Positions 18,287 through 28,846 of a stretch of DNA of 64,000 bases are shown here, in pieces. The translations under genes were made by a program, and so were the position numbers. Source of the DNA: Candidatus Lloydbacteria bacterium RIFCSPHIGHO2_02_FULL_50_18 (lineage in GTDB: Bacteria; Patescibacteriota; Minisyncoccia; Phycocordibacterales; UBA6899); NCBI GenBank assembly GCA_001821395.1, contig MHLM01000014.1:160001-224000 (forward strand), written 5' to 3'. Position 1 is the stretch's first letter. Each line of letters starts with the position of its first letter. The notes under the pieces are model-generated. The model saw nothing but the letters and a program-made list of their open reading frames with translations. It ran no database searches and had not been told where the DNA came from.

Positions 18287-18541
18287 TCAATAAGACGTAT
18301 CACCTTTTGAATTGAGAGAAACATATTCCGGGATGAGTCCCGTTTTGCGCAGCTCTCGCGAGAGTTCCTTGAGGGTGGCGCCGCTTGCGCGCGCGAGCTC
18401 CGTCTTCTTTCCGGCTTCGTCGATCTGATAGATGACGCCTTTTTTGCCGCTACTGCCCTTGCGTCCGCCGCCGATAGCGCCGTTGCCTTTGCGTTTTGCG
18501 GTGATGGTCACAATTCTACCCAACATTGCTCGTTCGCGCAT
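18287..18541 (-). CDS. small basic hypothetical protein
   Basis: 84 aa Lys/Gly-rich; no family assigned. Confidence 0.35.
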   Translation of the reverse strand: MRERAMLGRIVTITAKRKGNGAIGGGRKGSSGKKGVIYQIDEAGKKTELARASGATLKELSRELRKTGLIPEYVSLNSKGDTSY

Positions 18542-18684
18542 TGATTACTCCTTGGTTGTACAGACTTGCTAGCCCCCATGTTACGTATTTTTGATGATTT
18601 GTCGAGCATTTCCATCAGGTGAACGTGCAGCAGAGAAGCATGCCGAAGACATACGGCAAACATATTTTTAGATGCTCGTGAATG

Positions 18685-19248
18685 CTATTTTTGTTCGATC
18701 TTCATCTTTTCGGCAAGACGAACCGGCAGCATGCGTATGAGCGTTTCGTCATGAGTAACATAGTGATGATAGAGTGCCGCGAAGACATGCACGAGAACGA
18801 GTAATACGATGATCACACCGAGCAGGGAATGCATTGCTCCGAGCTGTGGCGCCGATATCCCGGGAATGATAAGCGGAGAAAAAGAATAGAGTCCAAAAAA
18901 ACTGACGGCCAATGCCCGAGAGGATGCCCATGCCCACCCCAAAATAGGCATAGCTATTAGTGAAATATAAAGGGCGTAGTGCATCGCATTCGCGAGTGGT
19001 TCAGTATGTATGCTCACGTCAGACTTACTCGTTACGAATGGACGTAAGTGTATAATGGCCCACATCCCGCGCAACATGATCACCCCGATAATAAGCAGCC
19101 CAAAAGAGAAGTGCAGATCGGTGAGCGTGCTCACGTCAGTTTCGCCGCGCATTTCAGGCATGGCCGCTGCGACGAGAAATTCAATTGCTACAAGTAAAAA
19201 AACAAGCCAGTGAAACATCTTTGAAATTGGGTCGTATTTTTCTTTCAT
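18685..19248 (-). CDS. cytochrome b561 family protein
   Basis: MFHWLVFLLVAIEFLVA... 4 TM with conserved His; MLRGMWAI. Confidence 0.7.
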   Translation of the reverse strand: MKEKYDPISKMFHWLVFLLVAIEFLVAAAMPEMRGETDVSTLTDLHFSFGLLIIGVIMLRGMWAIIHLRPFVTSKSDVSIHTEPLANAMHYALYISLIAMPILGWAWASSRALAVSFFGLYSFSPLIIPGISAPQLGAMHSLLGVIIVLLVLVHVFAALYHHYVTHDETLIRMLPVRLAEKMKIEQK

Positions 19249-19340
19249 ATTATTATAGTGTTACGCTTCATTATATCACTGATCTTCTCTTGAAGTCTCT
19301 CCTGTATTGTGAAAAATCTCGGTCGGTGTATTATGCATTC

Positions 19341-19781
19341 ATGAACAAAGAGATGCAGGGATCGGAGGTGGACGCGAATGAGCTACCAGAGGAAACGGCC
19401 GCAATTATTGAGCGCGAGCCGCCTTATTCGTATGAGGGGTATATCGCACTGGGCGGACGTATCGACGAAGAGAATTATCAGCGAGTGATGAAAAGGGCGA
19501 GCGAAGAGTCGAGTCATTTCAGAGTGAACCAACTGAGAGATCAAACTAGGTCTACTGCGGACGTCTCCGGAATTTCTCTTGATGTGGTCCGGGATGAGGC
19601 CGGTATTGATCCGAGGTGTATATACGAAATTTTAAGATATGACGTGAAGCCTGCTGACGTGAAAGACCATCATAGTCAAATGTGCGACCAGCAACTCTTG
19701 GTAGAATCGCTCCGTATGTTGGAGCAAGGGAGTGCAGCACAGGCGATCATCGATAGGCACCCACACATTTCTTTTAACTGA
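19341..19781 (+). CDS. hypothetical protein (146 aa)
   Basis: first ATG 19341 after in-frame upstream stretch overlapping neighbour; acidic protein. Confidence 0.4.
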   Translation: MNKEMQGSEVDANELPEETAAIIEREPPYSYEGYIALGGRIDEENYQRVMKRASEESSHFRVNQLRDQTRSTADVSGISLDVVRDEAGIDPRCIYEILRYDVKPADVKDHHSQMCDQQLLVESLRMLEQGSAAQAIIDRHPHISFN

Positions 19782-19819
19782 TCGGGAATTCGCTCCGTAC
19801 TTGTTTGGACGCAATGAGA

Positions 19820-19850
19820 AACCCCGCAATATTGGCGGGGCTTTCTTTTG
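19820..19850 (+). terminator. terminator CCCCGC-AATATTG-GCGGGG + T-run
   Basis: hairpin after 19781 stop. Confidence 0.55.
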
Positions 19851-19899
19851 TGCGAAAACGCACGGTTCACGGTGAGAGAAAATTCTTTGTGACAGGTGG

Positions 19900-20367
19900 C
19901 TACTTCCGTGCGAAGTGCTTTGTCTCATGGTACGTATCGTAATCGGCGGTCAGCTCTTCGCCTGCTTTCACGTCGCGCATCGTGATGAAGGTTTCACCCT
20001 TGTCGAGGGTCGTCATGTTCGGCTTTTTTGAGTGATTGAGAAAATAGTTTTTTGTCAGCGCATCAATTCCGTAGTCCGGTACGAAATAAACACCATCTTG
20101 CAGTGCGCAAAAATCGCGCACGAGTTCCTTTGCTTCCTCCGGCGCGTCAAATCGATCAAGGTCGCACTTGGGGATCTTGAGTACGTCGCCGCAAGGGTCC
20201 GCATTTTTGAAGGGGTCTGTTCCTTTAGGAATCATGCGAATGGCAACCACTCCGACACCGTGCTTGGTGATCCCGAGCCGGCAATACACATCACGGAGCG
20301 CAGTGAGGAACGACTTTTTATTCATGAGATAGAGTATACCGTAATTGAGAAAAGAGAGAACAGACAT
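19900..20367 (-). CDS. SET-domain protein (putative protein-lysine methyltransferase)
   Basis: FLNHSKKPNM (NHSxxPN) and GEELTADYD motifs. Confidence 0.65.
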   Translation of the reverse strand: MSVLSFLNYGILYLMNKKSFLTALRDVYCRLGITKHGVGVVAIRMIPKGTDPFKNADPCGDVLKIPKCDLDRFDAPEEAKELVRDFCALQDGVYFVPDYGIDALTKNYFLNHSKKPNMTTLDKGETFITMRDVKAGEELTADYDTYHETKHFARK

Positions 20368-20381
20368 GATACAATCTTTTT

Positions 20382-20618
20382 ATGTACGAGCCATCAAAAC
20401 ATCCGAACAATCCGTTGCACGGAAAAACGCTGCAGATGGTACTTGAGTATCTCCTTGAACAGTACGGCTGGGAGGAACTGGGAAAACGCATCAGTATCAA
20501 GTGCTTTATGTTGAATCCGAGTATCAAATCGAGTCTGACATTCTTGCGCAAGACCCCATGGGCACGGGAAAAAGTTGAAGGACTCTATTTGGAGACGGTT
20601 AGCAGGAATTATCAATGA
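20382..20618 (+). CDS. VF530/DUF2132-like small protein
   Basis: [52 protein letters not shown] pattern. Confidence 0.45.
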   Translation: MYEPSKHPNNPLHGKTLQMVLEYLLEQYGWEELGKRISIKCFMLNPSIKSSLTFLRKTPWAREKVEGLYLETVSRNYQ

Positions 20619-20672
20619 TCCTCCTGCGGCGTTTGTGCACGGTGCTTGCATAAATAAAAAAAGTAGGAAAGA

Positions 20673-21002
20673 ATGGAGCATATGTCAAAGAACCCAGGTG
20701 AATCGGTACCCGAGGAAGTCCCCAAAGCAAAGCGTGATATGACGAGTAAGCTCGATATTCTTAATACGCAGATCAATGGACAACTCACTGAGGGGAACCC
20801 TGATGCGGAGCTTGATGTTGAAGATTGCGTCAGAGCGGCGGAAGATATGCTCGATCTCCTCGAGGCTGAAAACGCTGAGGGTCGCAAACCTTATAAGGAT
20901 GATGTTGATGCGATCTTGAAGAAACTGAATACCGCGATCGCTATTTCCAACGAACCCTACGCGCGTGAATTGCGCAAGAGGCTTTTGATGCGATTTGGCT
21001 AG
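20673..21002 (+). CDS. acidic hypothetical protein upstream of sufB
   Basis: 109-aa ORF. Confidence 0.4.
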   Translation: MEHMSKNPGESVPEEVPKAKRDMTSKLDILNTQINGQLTEGNPDAELDVEDCVRAAEDMLDLLEAENAEGRKPYKDDVDAILKKLNTAIAISNEPYARELRKRLLMRFG

Positions 21003-21150
21003 CAAGAATGATGACGATATTGAGGGGGATGTCCCTTTTAGTCTGCCGTCATTTTTCATTGGCGGTTGCCAGGCCACGATGTCGCAACCCACTTTTCGGG
21101 GTGATTTCGGTTGCAAAATTACATTAAATCCGTATACTGTCAAGCACAAT

Positions 21151-22515
21151 ATGCCTAAAACAAATGCGGCAAAGAACAATACACTGAGCGATGTCGGACC
21201 GACGGAGGCGCTTGTTCGGCAGATATCCGCGACAAAAAAAGAGCCCGATTGGATGCTCGAGCTGCGTCTTCGCGCTCTTGCGCTATGGCGTGAGACAGCG
21301 ATGCCGAACTGGGGACCTGATCTTTCCGGGCTCGACCTCGACGGGATGACCTACTATGCGGATCCGAACGTGAAAGAGACTGACGACTGGAAAGAACTGC
21401 CGAAAGAGATCACCGATACATTCGAAAAATTGGGTATCCCGAAAGCGGAGCGGGATTACTTGGGAGGGGTTGGTGCACAATTCGACTCAGGAATCGTTTA
21501 CCATCGTATCCAAGACTCGCTCGCAAAGAAGGGGGTGATTTTTGAGAACATGGATGTCGCACTACAAAAGTATCCCGAAATGGTGAAGGAGCATTTTATG
21601 ACGAAGTGTGTTCCGATCAATGACCACAAGTTCATCATGCTTCACGCTGCCGTTTGGAGCGGTGGGACATTCATCTATGTGCCGAAGGGCGTGTCAGTCG
21701 AGCTTCCGCTCCAAGCATATTTTCGCATGAACAAAGCGCGCTCGGCGCAGTTTGAGCATACGCTCATCATCGCCGACGAAGGTTCCGAGATCACGTATAT
21801 CGAGGGGTGTTCCGCGCCGCAATACACCGAGTCGTCACTCCATGCCGGTTGTGTAGAGCTATGGGTGAAGAAGAATGCGAAGATCAAATACATCAGCGTC
21901 GAGAACTGGTCCAAGAACACCTATAATTTGAATACAAAAAAAGCGCTCGTATTCGAGCGGGGACTTGTGGAGTGGGTGAACGGAAATATGGGTTCGCGTG
22001 CGACAATGCTCTATCCCTCATCGGTCCTATTGGAACGCGGTGCGCGCTGTGAATCGCTCGGCATCGTGATGGCCAATGCGGGGCAGGTGCAAGACACGGG
22101 GTCGAAGGCGACACACGTTGGGCCCGAGACGGTTTCCGTCATTCGTTCGAAATCAGTTTCGAAGGGTGGGGGAGTGTCCAATTATCGAGGAATTGTAAAA
22201 ATTTTACCCGGTGCGACGGACGCACAGTCGAGCGTCTCATGTGATGCGCTCATCCTGGACGATCTTTCTATTTCAAACACCTATCCGTCGATGAAAAACC
22301 AGAACGAAACCGCCGACCTTTCTCATGAAGCGCGTGTTGGACGTATTGGTGAAGAGGAAGTATTTTATTTACGCTCTCGCGGTTATTCGGAAGATGAAGC
22401 CCTCCGCCTCATCGTCGGGGGGTTCATGGAGCCGATCGTCAAAGCCCTTCCGCTCGAATATGCGGTAGAACTCAATAAATTAATAGAATTAGAAATGGAT
22501 AACAGTGTCGGATAA
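21151..22515 (+). CDS. sufB: Fe-S cluster assembly protein SufB
   Basis: EPDWMLELRLRALALW..., TLIIADEGSEITYIEGCSAP; ATG 21151 gives canonical ~454 aa; track ORF starts earlier. Confidence 0.9.
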   Translation: MPKTNAAKNNTLSDVGPTEALVRQISATKKEPDWMLELRLRALALWRETAMPNWGPDLSGLDLDGMTYYADPNVKETDDWKELPKEITDTFEKLGIPKAERDYLGGVGAQFDSGIVYHRIQDSLAKKGVIFENMDVALQKYPEMVKEHFMTKCVPINDHKFIMLHAAVWSGGTFIYVPKGVSVELPLQAYFRMNKARSAQFEHTLIIADEGSEITYIEGCSAPQYTESSLHAGCVELWVKKNAKIKYISVENWSKNTYNLNTKKALVFERGLVEWVNGNMGSRATMLYPSSVLLERGARCESLGIVMANAGQVQDTGSKATHVGPETVSVIRSKSVSKGGGVSNYRGIVKILPGATDAQSSVSCDALILDDLSISNTYPSMKNQNETADLSHEARVGRIGEEEVFYLRSRGYSEDEALRLIVGGFMEPIVKALPLEYAVELNKLIELEMDNSVG

Positions 22516-23704
22516 TATTTTACAGCTTACAAATATTTCAAGCGCACTCAAAGAACCTGAGTGGCTTTTGGCTTGGCGGAAAAAGCAGACGACACTTTCG
22601 TCAGTACTTCCGAAAGCCATTAAGCATGGCATTGGCATTTCCGCGCTATTTCCAGAGATCGAGCCCGACTTCAGTGCAGTTGCGGACTATCATGTCGATA
22701 CGACGAAGGGTCTTGAGATCTATACATGGAGTGAGGCCGTGACTCAAGAGGAAGTCGAGCCGATACTCAAAGGTCTTTTGGAGAGTGCATTCTTTCCCGC
22801 ACCGAAAGACTTTTTCCGCGCGAAAGGGCAGGCGCTCTTTGCGTCGGGGCTTGTGGTCTACGTCCAGCCCAATATGGCGGATGACGGAACATTCATTACG
22901 GAAAAACTTACACTTGATACGATGCTTCCAACAGGCTCATCCTCGGATATCATCGTGGTTATCATAAAAGAAGGGGCGAAGTGCGATCTCACGCTCAATA
23001 CGAGCGGAGGAGCATTCGGGAGTATGCATTCACGGACGCTTGTTGTGGTGACCGAGGCGGATAGTATCGTGCGTGTCACAAAGAATGATCGGCTGGAGTC
23101 CGGAGCGATGGCGATGCATTTTTCGCGCGGAGTGGTCGCGGGTAATTCGCATATCGTTTGGCGTGAAATCCTCGGTGGGGATATGCTCGTGTCTTCCGTT
23201 ACGAATAATCTCCTCATCGGAAGCGGGGCAAACGCAACAGTACTTCAGGCGCTCATTGCGCGTGACCACGGCGAGTTTGACGTTGATGTCTCCGCGGAGC
23301 ATTTGGCGGATGATACGCATTCAGCAATCTGTACCGCAGGAACGGGCGCTGATACATCGAAGATCCTTTACCGAGGACTTGTTTCCATGAAAGAGGGTGT
23401 ACATAGGGTGGCGGGTGCACAAGAGGCAAAATTCCTCATGCTTACGCCGGGAGCGAAGATCGATGCGATACCTTCGCTCGATGTGGCGTCGAATGACGTT
23501 GCGTGTGCCCATAAGCTTTCGATATCGCACGTACGCGAAGGGGATATGTTCTATCCGAAACTGCGCGGACTTGGTGACGATGAGAGCCGCGCACTCTTTT
23601 TGGAAGCGCATTTTGCGCATGTATTCTCAGGGGAAGAAAATGCGGATATACTGAATATCATCACACCACTCTTTTTGGGAGGATCATCATCACATGCCGC
23701 TTGA
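22505..23704 (+). CDS. sufD: Fe-S cluster assembly protein SufD
   Basis: overlaps sufB stop; SufBD-fold C-terminal region. Confidence 0.8.
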   Translation: MSDNILQLTNISSALKEPEWLLAWRKKQTTLSSVLPKAIKHGIGISALFPEIEPDFSAVADYHVDTTKGLEIYTWSEAVTQEEVEPILKGLLESAFFPAPKDFFRAKGQALFASGLVVYVQPNMADDGTFITEKLTLDTMLPTGSSSDIIVVIIKEGAKCDLTLNTSGGAFGSMHSRTLVVVTEADSIVRVTKNDRLESGAMAMHFSRGVVAGNSHIVWREILGGDMLVSSVTNNLLIGSGANATVLQALIARDHGEFDVDVSAEHLADDTHSAICTAGTGADTSKILYRGLVSMKEGVHRVAGAQEAKFLMLTPGAKIDAIPSLDVASNDVACAHKLSISHVREGDMFYPKLRGLGDDESRALFLEAHFAHVFSGEENADILNIITPLFLGGSSSHAA

Positions 23705-24905
23705 TACGTTGAAAATTAAAAAAGAATTTCCCCCGATACCGGACGGGGTCTATCTTGATAGTGCGGCGACATCGCTCACACCGCTAGCGGTTATGGACGC
23801 CGAGCTCGAGTACTACACCGATTTTCGTGCCAATGTGCATCGTGGATTCTTTAAAGAAGCGGTGCGTGCTACCGAGCGGTACGAGGAAGTACGAAAGCGA
23901 GTCGCCGCATTCATTCATGCGGATCCTGAGGAGATCATATTCACGTCCGGCGCGACCGAGTCCTCCAATATGTTCGTGCGCATGATCGATGAATCCGCCG
24001 TCGTTGCCGGTGAACGGATGGAAATCTTGAGTACGGTGATGGAGCATCATGCCGGTCTTGTGCCCCTCCAGCAATTCGCACGGCGACGAGGACTTCCGCT
24101 CCGCCTTATCCCGATGAAGGGAGTAGCGCTCGACTATGAAGAGGGCGCGCAAATGATCACCAAGAAGACCGCACTCCTCTCCGTTATGCTCGCGTCAAAC
24201 GTGTCCGGTGCCATCAATGATGTGCATCTCCTTGCCGGCCTTGCGCATCGTGAGGGAGCGATCGTGGTCGTTGATGCGACCGCGGCGGCGGGACATATTC
24301 CCATCGATGTGCAGCAACTTGGGTGCGATGCACTTTATTTTTCCGGTCACAAGATGTTCGCACCGACCGGAGTGGGCGTGCTTTTTGTGAAGCGGGAACT
24401 TCTCGAAAAACTTTCACCATCAGTGTTCGGAGGACATATGATATCGCACGTAGGGGAACAGGTATCGGAATGGGCCGAAATTCCATCCCGTTTTGAAGCG
24501 GGAACCAAGAACATCGCCGGAGTAATCGGGCTTGGTGCCGCGATCGACTTTCTCGAAAGGCACGATGTGAATGAGATCCATGGGCATGTAAAAGAATTGG
24601 TTACCTATGCCGTAATCGAGCTGGAAAAGATCCCCGGTGTCACGGTGATAGCGGAGAAGGATCCTGAGAAGAATATCGGTATCGTGAGTTTTGTATGTGC
24701 ATGGGCACATCCGCACGATGTCGCTGAGATCCTTGCGCGCGACAACGTCGCAGTACGTCCCGGCCACCACTGTGCGATATTGCTTCATGCGGCACTCCGA
24801 ATTCCCGCAAGCACGCGTGCAAGTTTTCATCTTTATAATTCGAAGAACGATGTCGATATGCTTGTCGAGAGTGTAAAGAAAGCATGCGCGATATTTACTC
24901 AATGA
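23694..24905 (+). CDS. sufS: cysteine desulfurase SufS (class V aminotransferase)
   Basis: SGHKMFAPTGVGVLFVKRELLEKL PLP-lysine motif; RPGHHCA near C-terminus. Confidence 0.85.
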   Translation: MPLDTLKIKKEFPPIPDGVYLDSAATSLTPLAVMDAELEYYTDFRANVHRGFFKEAVRATERYEEVRKRVAAFIHADPEEIIFTSGATESSNMFVRMIDESAVVAGERMEILSTVMEHHAGLVPLQQFARRRGLPLRLIPMKGVALDYEEGAQMITKKTALLSVMLASNVSGAINDVHLLAGLAHREGAIVVVDATAAAGHIPIDVQQLGCDALYFSGHKMFAPTGVGVLFVKRELLEKLSPSVFGGHMISHVGEQVSEWAEIPSRFEAGTKNIAGVIGLGAAIDFLERHDVNEIHGHVKELVTYAVIELEKIPGVTVIAEKDPEKNIGIVSFVCAWAHPHDVAEILARDNVAVRPGHHCAILLHAALRIPASTRASFHLYNSKNDVDMLVESVKKACAIFTQ

Positions 24906-24915
24906 TGTTGCTTAT

Positions 24916-25209
24916 ATGAAATTCCTTTTACATGCGGTAGTGCGAATGGTCGTCCTGGGTAGTTTCATCATCTTGGTTGCTTTCGGTCTTTTTCAACATC
25001 CGACGTTCGCTCAAAAGATCGGAGCTGCAGGAGTTATTTTTGTCTTCAATAGCTTTGCGGTCTATTTAAGTATAAAGGAAGTCGATTGGAAGAATGTTCG
25101 ACTTACGTCATCGTTGCCGCCCATCATTGTCATTGCAATCGTGCCGTTTTGCGTCATGATCGTATCCGGTCTCGGGTTGATCTTTATTATCTGGAAGAAT
25201 TATTTTTAA
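24916..25209 (+). CDS. small 3-TM membrane protein
   Basis: 97-aa hydrophobic ORF between sufS and sufU. Confidence 0.4.
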   Translation: MKFLLHAVVRMVVLGSFIILVAFGLFQHPTFAQKIGAAGVIFVFNSFAVYLSIKEVDWKNVRLTSSLPPIIVIAIVPFCVMIVSGLGLIFIIWKNYF

Positions 25210-25212
25210 GCT

Positions 25213-25587
25213 ATGGATCCGCTTTACCAAGAACATATTCTCGAACATTACAAACATCCGCACAACAGGGGTTTGATGGAGGGTTTTGATGTGAAGAAAA
25301 AAGGAGAGAACATTTCGTGCGGCGACGATCTTACGCTGTATCTGAAATGGAACCTGGCTGCGCAGGCAGGCGGAGATACGCTTTTAGATATTTCCTTTGA
25401 GGGTTTCGGTTGTGCGATATCGCAATCGGGCGCATCGATGCTTACGGATAAGGTGAAGGGGATGATGCGGGCTGATATCGCGAAACTCACGGAAAAGGAT
25501 ATGTATGAGCTCTACGGCACAGTCATTTCCCCGCAGCGTGAAAAGTGCGCACTGCTCGCTCTGTCTACGCTTCATTCGGCGCTTTAG
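25213..25587 (+). CDS. sufU: SUF scaffold SufU (NifU/IscU N-terminal-like)
   Basis: YQEHILEHYKHPHNRG...CGDDLTLYLK...GCAISQSGASM. Confidence 0.8.
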   Translation: MDPLYQEHILEHYKHPHNRGLMEGFDVKKKGENISCGDDLTLYLKWNLAAQAGGDTLLDISFEGFGCAISQSGASMLTDKVKGMMRADIAKLTEKDMYELYGTVISPQREKCALLALSTLHSAL

Positions 25588-25594
25588 TAATAAA

Positions 25595-25618
25595 AACCCG
25601 CCTTATGCGGCGGGTATG
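25595..25618. terminator. bidirectional terminator CCCGCC-TTATGC-GGCGGG whose loop contains the stop codon of 25603..26247
   Basis: hairpin flanked by A-run on plus and T-run on minus. Confidence 0.5.
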
Positions 25619-26247
25619 TGTCGTTGCTCAATGCGTTTGAGGAGTTGCTGGAGCACGCGCATTTCCTCGGTAATCGCACAACCTTTTGGCCATCCGGTGA
25701 GTGTGTATGCTTGTATCTCGTCGAGAAGTACTGTTTTTGAATAGCGCTCCAATATCCATGATCGTAATTCAGCAATAGGGAAACATGCGATGATCTCGAT
25801 CATGGCATTGTGATACTCTCTGTTGAGTGCAAACAACGCATGTCGGTACTCATGTTCAAAGTATGCTTTCGCGCCACGTTTGTTTCCGATGAGGTAAAAT
25901 TGATCCTCATGAAATGCTCCCTGTTTTGTTAATTCATCAAAGAGCCACAACTCTTTCGCTGAGTGTCCGGTAAAGGTTTCGCAGACCGCGCGTACCGCCA
26001 CCTCTGGAACATTGAATGCCGACCAATCAGATGCATAGGTGAATGCGCCGTAGGGCTTTTTTGTTTTTGAATATTCCCGCACATACCAGTCCATATACGT
26101 TTCAAGAGAAAAGACTTTTCCTTGAAATAGCGGATTCGGACTTTCGTAATATTCTTCGATCCGCAGGAACGTCATCGCCAGATCCCATCGGTCATCAGAT
26201 TCGACATGCCAAATGGGGTAGTTGGGAAGTTTTCGTATAGTGAGCAT
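25603..26247 (-). CDS. hypothetical protein (214 aa)
   Basis: ATG at 26247; no family recognised; interrupts suf locus. Confidence 0.45.
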   Translation of the reverse strand: MLTIRKLPNYPIWHVESDDRWDLAMTFLRIEEYYESPNPLFQGKVFSLETYMDWYVREYSKTKKPYGAFTYASDWSAFNVPEVAVRAVCETFTGHSAKELWLFDELTKQGAFHEDQFYLIGNKRGAKAYFEHEYRHALFALNREYHNAMIEIIACFPIAELRSWILERYSKTVLLDEIQAYTLTGWPKGCAITEEMRVLQQLLKRIEQRHIPAA

Positions 26248-26416
26248 CAGTATCCCTAAGGAAAGGAATCTGTGTCCAATATTGCATGGAGCAGCCGCTT
26301 CTGCAAGGAGACGATCTTTGTTTCCAGTGCGCTTCTTTTGCGTACAAAAACTCATTGTTTTTCTCGGGTTCCTGTGCTAAACCGAAGGGAGATTCTTTGA
26401 GTATTGGAGGACAATT

Positions 26417-28030
26417 ATGGATCAAAAAAATATCGTGGTCATTGGTGGCGGGCATAACGGACTCGTCGCGGCGGCATATCTGGCGAAAGCAGGACACAAC
26501 GTGACCGTGCTTGAGTCTCGACGGGTGGTCGGGGGTGCGGCATCAACAGATACAACAACATTTCCGGGATATAAAATATCGACCGCATCATATCTGAATA
26601 GTCTGTTTTTGCCGGAGGTCATCGCAGACCTTGAGCTTGAGCGCTTTGGGTACGAGATGCTTCCCCGAGAACCTTCTTCGTTCACACCTCTTCCGTGTGG
26701 TACGAAGTCGCTGCTCATGGGTAGCGACATGGAGTACAACCAGATGCAGATCGAGCAATTCTCAGCGCATGATGCGGTAGCGTATCAGCGTTACGAGCAT
26801 GAGCTTGGTGAGATCGCCGCATGGATGTCACAGATGATGACGATGACCCCGCCGAATATTCCGCCGCGCAATATGCGTGATGTGAAAAATATTCTGAAGG
26901 TCGCGCGTCATGGACTGCGTTTAACGCCCGTGCAAATGTATCGAATGGGAAAATTGCTTTTGAGCGATCCCGTCGAATATTTGAACGAATGGTTCGAGTC
27001 GGATGTATTGAAGGCGACCTTGCTCACCGATGCCTTGATCGGTGCGACAGCATTGAACGGTTACGTTCTTTTGCATCATGTGATGGGTGAAGCCGGCAGT
27101 GCACGCGGAGTATGGGGATATATGCGTGGAGGCATGGGCGGCATATCGGAAGCGCTCGCCAAGGCCTGTACTGAATTTGGAGCGGAGGTCATACTCAATG
27201 CTGAGGCAGACCGAATAATTGCTCGGAATGGCCGTGTGATCGCTGTGTTGGCGATGGCAAAAGATCTCGAAGGACGCCACGCCCCGATGTGGAAATACGT
27301 TTATGCGGACATTGTCATTTCCGCGGTTGATCCGACGATCACATTTGCGAAACTATTGAGGTCATCACACCTCGTGGATGGTGTCCGCAAAAAAGTCGTT
27401 GCACGTGATACAAAAAGTGCTTCGATGAAGATCAATCTGACGCTCTCCGGTCTTCCTGATTTTCGTGCGAAACCGGGCGTCACTCCCGGACCGCAGCATA
27501 AGGGGACGGTGCATATTGCTCCCTCGGTGGCGCATATCCTTGATGCATTAGAGGACCTGAAGAAGGGCTGCCCATCCTCTCGTCCGATTCTTGAGCTCAC
27601 GATACCAAGTGTGGTCGATGACACATTGGCGCCACCAGGATGCCATGTGATGAACATCTTCCTGCAGTTCGTTCCATACAAACATCCGTTCGGAGACTGG
27701 CAAAAAGAGAAGGATGGATACTTTCAAAATGTCGTCCTTCCGCTCCTGCGCGAGTACATCACGAACATTGATGCGATCGTCACAGGGGTCCAGATATTCA
27801 CTCCGGAGGATATCGAGCGCGAGTTCGGTATGGTTGGAGGAAATATCTTCAGCGGCGGCATGGGGCTTTCGCAATTGTTCTCCGGTCGGCCCATCAGGGG
27901 TATGGCGGATTATCGGACTCCGATCAAGGGTCTCTATCTCTCCGGTGCGGGAACGCATCCGGGTGGGGGAGTGACCGGCGCTTGCGGGTACAATGCCGCA
28001 CGTGAAGTCCTTGCTGATATTGGCTTGTAG
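26417..28030 (+). CDS. FAD/NAD(P)-dependent oxidoreductase, phytoene desaturase (CrtI)-like
   Basis: N-terminal IVVIGGGHNGLVAAAYLAKAGHNVTVLE dinucleotide-binding motif; 537 aa. Confidence 0.75.
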   Translation: MDQKNIVVIGGGHNGLVAAAYLAKAGHNVTVLESRRVVGGAASTDTTTFPGYKISTASYLNSLFLPEVIADLELERFGYEMLPREPSSFTPLPCGTKSLLMGSDMEYNQMQIEQFSAHDAVAYQRYEHELGEIAAWMSQMMTMTPPNIPPRNMRDVKNILKVARHGLRLTPVQMYRMGKLLLSDPVEYLNEWFESDVLKATLLTDALIGATALNGYVLLHHVMGEAGSARGVWGYMRGGMGGISEALAKACTEFGAEVILNAEADRIIARNGRVIAVLAMAKDLEGRHAPMWKYVYADIVISAVDPTITFAKLLRSSHLVDGVRKKVVARDTKSASMKINLTLSGLPDFRAKPGVTPGPQHKGTVHIAPSVAHILDALEDLKKGCPSSRPILELTIPSVVDDTLAPPGCHVMNIFLQFVPYKHPFGDWQKEKDGYFQNVVLPLLREYITNIDAIVTGVQIFTPEDIEREFGMVGGNIFSGGMGLSQLFSGRPIRGMADYRTPIKGLYLSGAGTHPGGGVTGACGYNAAREVLADIGL

Positions 28031-28038
28031 GTTTGATA

Positions 28039-28066
28039 AGATGCATCTTCCGATGCATCTTTTTTG
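28039..28066 (+). terminator. terminator AGATGCATC-TTCC-GATGCATCT + T6
   Basis: perfect 9-bp stem after oxidoreductase stop. Confidence 0.6.
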
Positions 28067-28109
28067 TTGCCTTTTTTCGGATTTTAGTGTCTAATACACA
28101 AACAAATAT

Positions 28110-28844
28110 ATGAGCGAACTGACCATCAACAATGTCACGGTGCGAACGAGCGATAAGATCGTCGTTGACGGTGCATCGCTTACGATCAAAAGCGGAGAGA
28201 TCCATGTGCTGATGGGGCCGAACGGATCGGGGAAATCGTCTCTCCTCAACGCCATCATGGGACATCCGAAATATGAAATTAGGGGCGGCTCGGTGATGCT
28301 CGACGGAGAAGATATCACGACACTTGCCACGGAAAAGAAGGCGCGTGCGGGGATATTCCTTTCGCTCCAGCATTTGCCCGAGATTGCGGGTGTGACGCTC
28401 ACGAATTTTCTTTTCCGCGCACACAAAAGCATGAAGCCAGAAAGCGAGGTCACGCCGCTTGAATTTTTTAAACTGATGGAGGCAAAGGCAAAAGAGTTTG
28501 GGATCGATCCGTCGTATCTGCGCAAACATTTGAATGCCGGACTTTCGGGAGGTGAGAAGAAACAATCCGAAGTGCTCCAACTCCTTGCGCTCGAACCCAA
28601 ATTCGCACTCTTGGATGAGATCGACTCCGGGGTTGATATTGATGCCTTGAAGCGAGTCTTTGCGGTCATTAGCGCGCTCCGTGATCGTGGGATGGGATTT
28701 CTGCTCGTGACCCACTACAGCAAGCTTTTGGAACACATTACTCCTGATGCGGTCACCGTCATCAAGGAGGGAAGAGTTGTCGCATCGGGTAAGGGTGAGC
28801 TTGTCGAGAAGATCGCGAAAGAGGGATTTGAATCCCTCATCTGA
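28110..28844 (+). CDS. sufC: Fe-S cluster assembly ATPase SufC
   Basis: GPNGSGKSSL Walker A, LSGGEKK signature, ALLDEIDSGVD Walker B. Confidence 0.9.
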   Translation: MSELTINNVTVRTSDKIVVDGASLTIKSGEIHVLMGPNGSGKSSLLNAIMGHPKYEIRGGSVMLDGEDITTLATEKKARAGIFLSLQHLPEIAGVTLTNFLFRAHKSMKPESEVTPLEFFKLMEAKAKEFGIDPSYLRKHLNAGLSGGEKKQSEVLQLLALEPKFALLDEIDSGVDIDALKRVFAVISALRDRGMGFLLVTHYSKLLEHITPDAVTVIKEGRVVASGKGELVEKIAKEGFESLI

Positions 28845-28846
28845 CC

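Noticed and set aside
27924-28736. 270-aa minus-strand ORF
   Set aside because: Entirely antisense to SufC (28110-28844), which has Walker A/B and ABC signature motifs. Arg/His-rich composition is typical of GC-frame artefacts.
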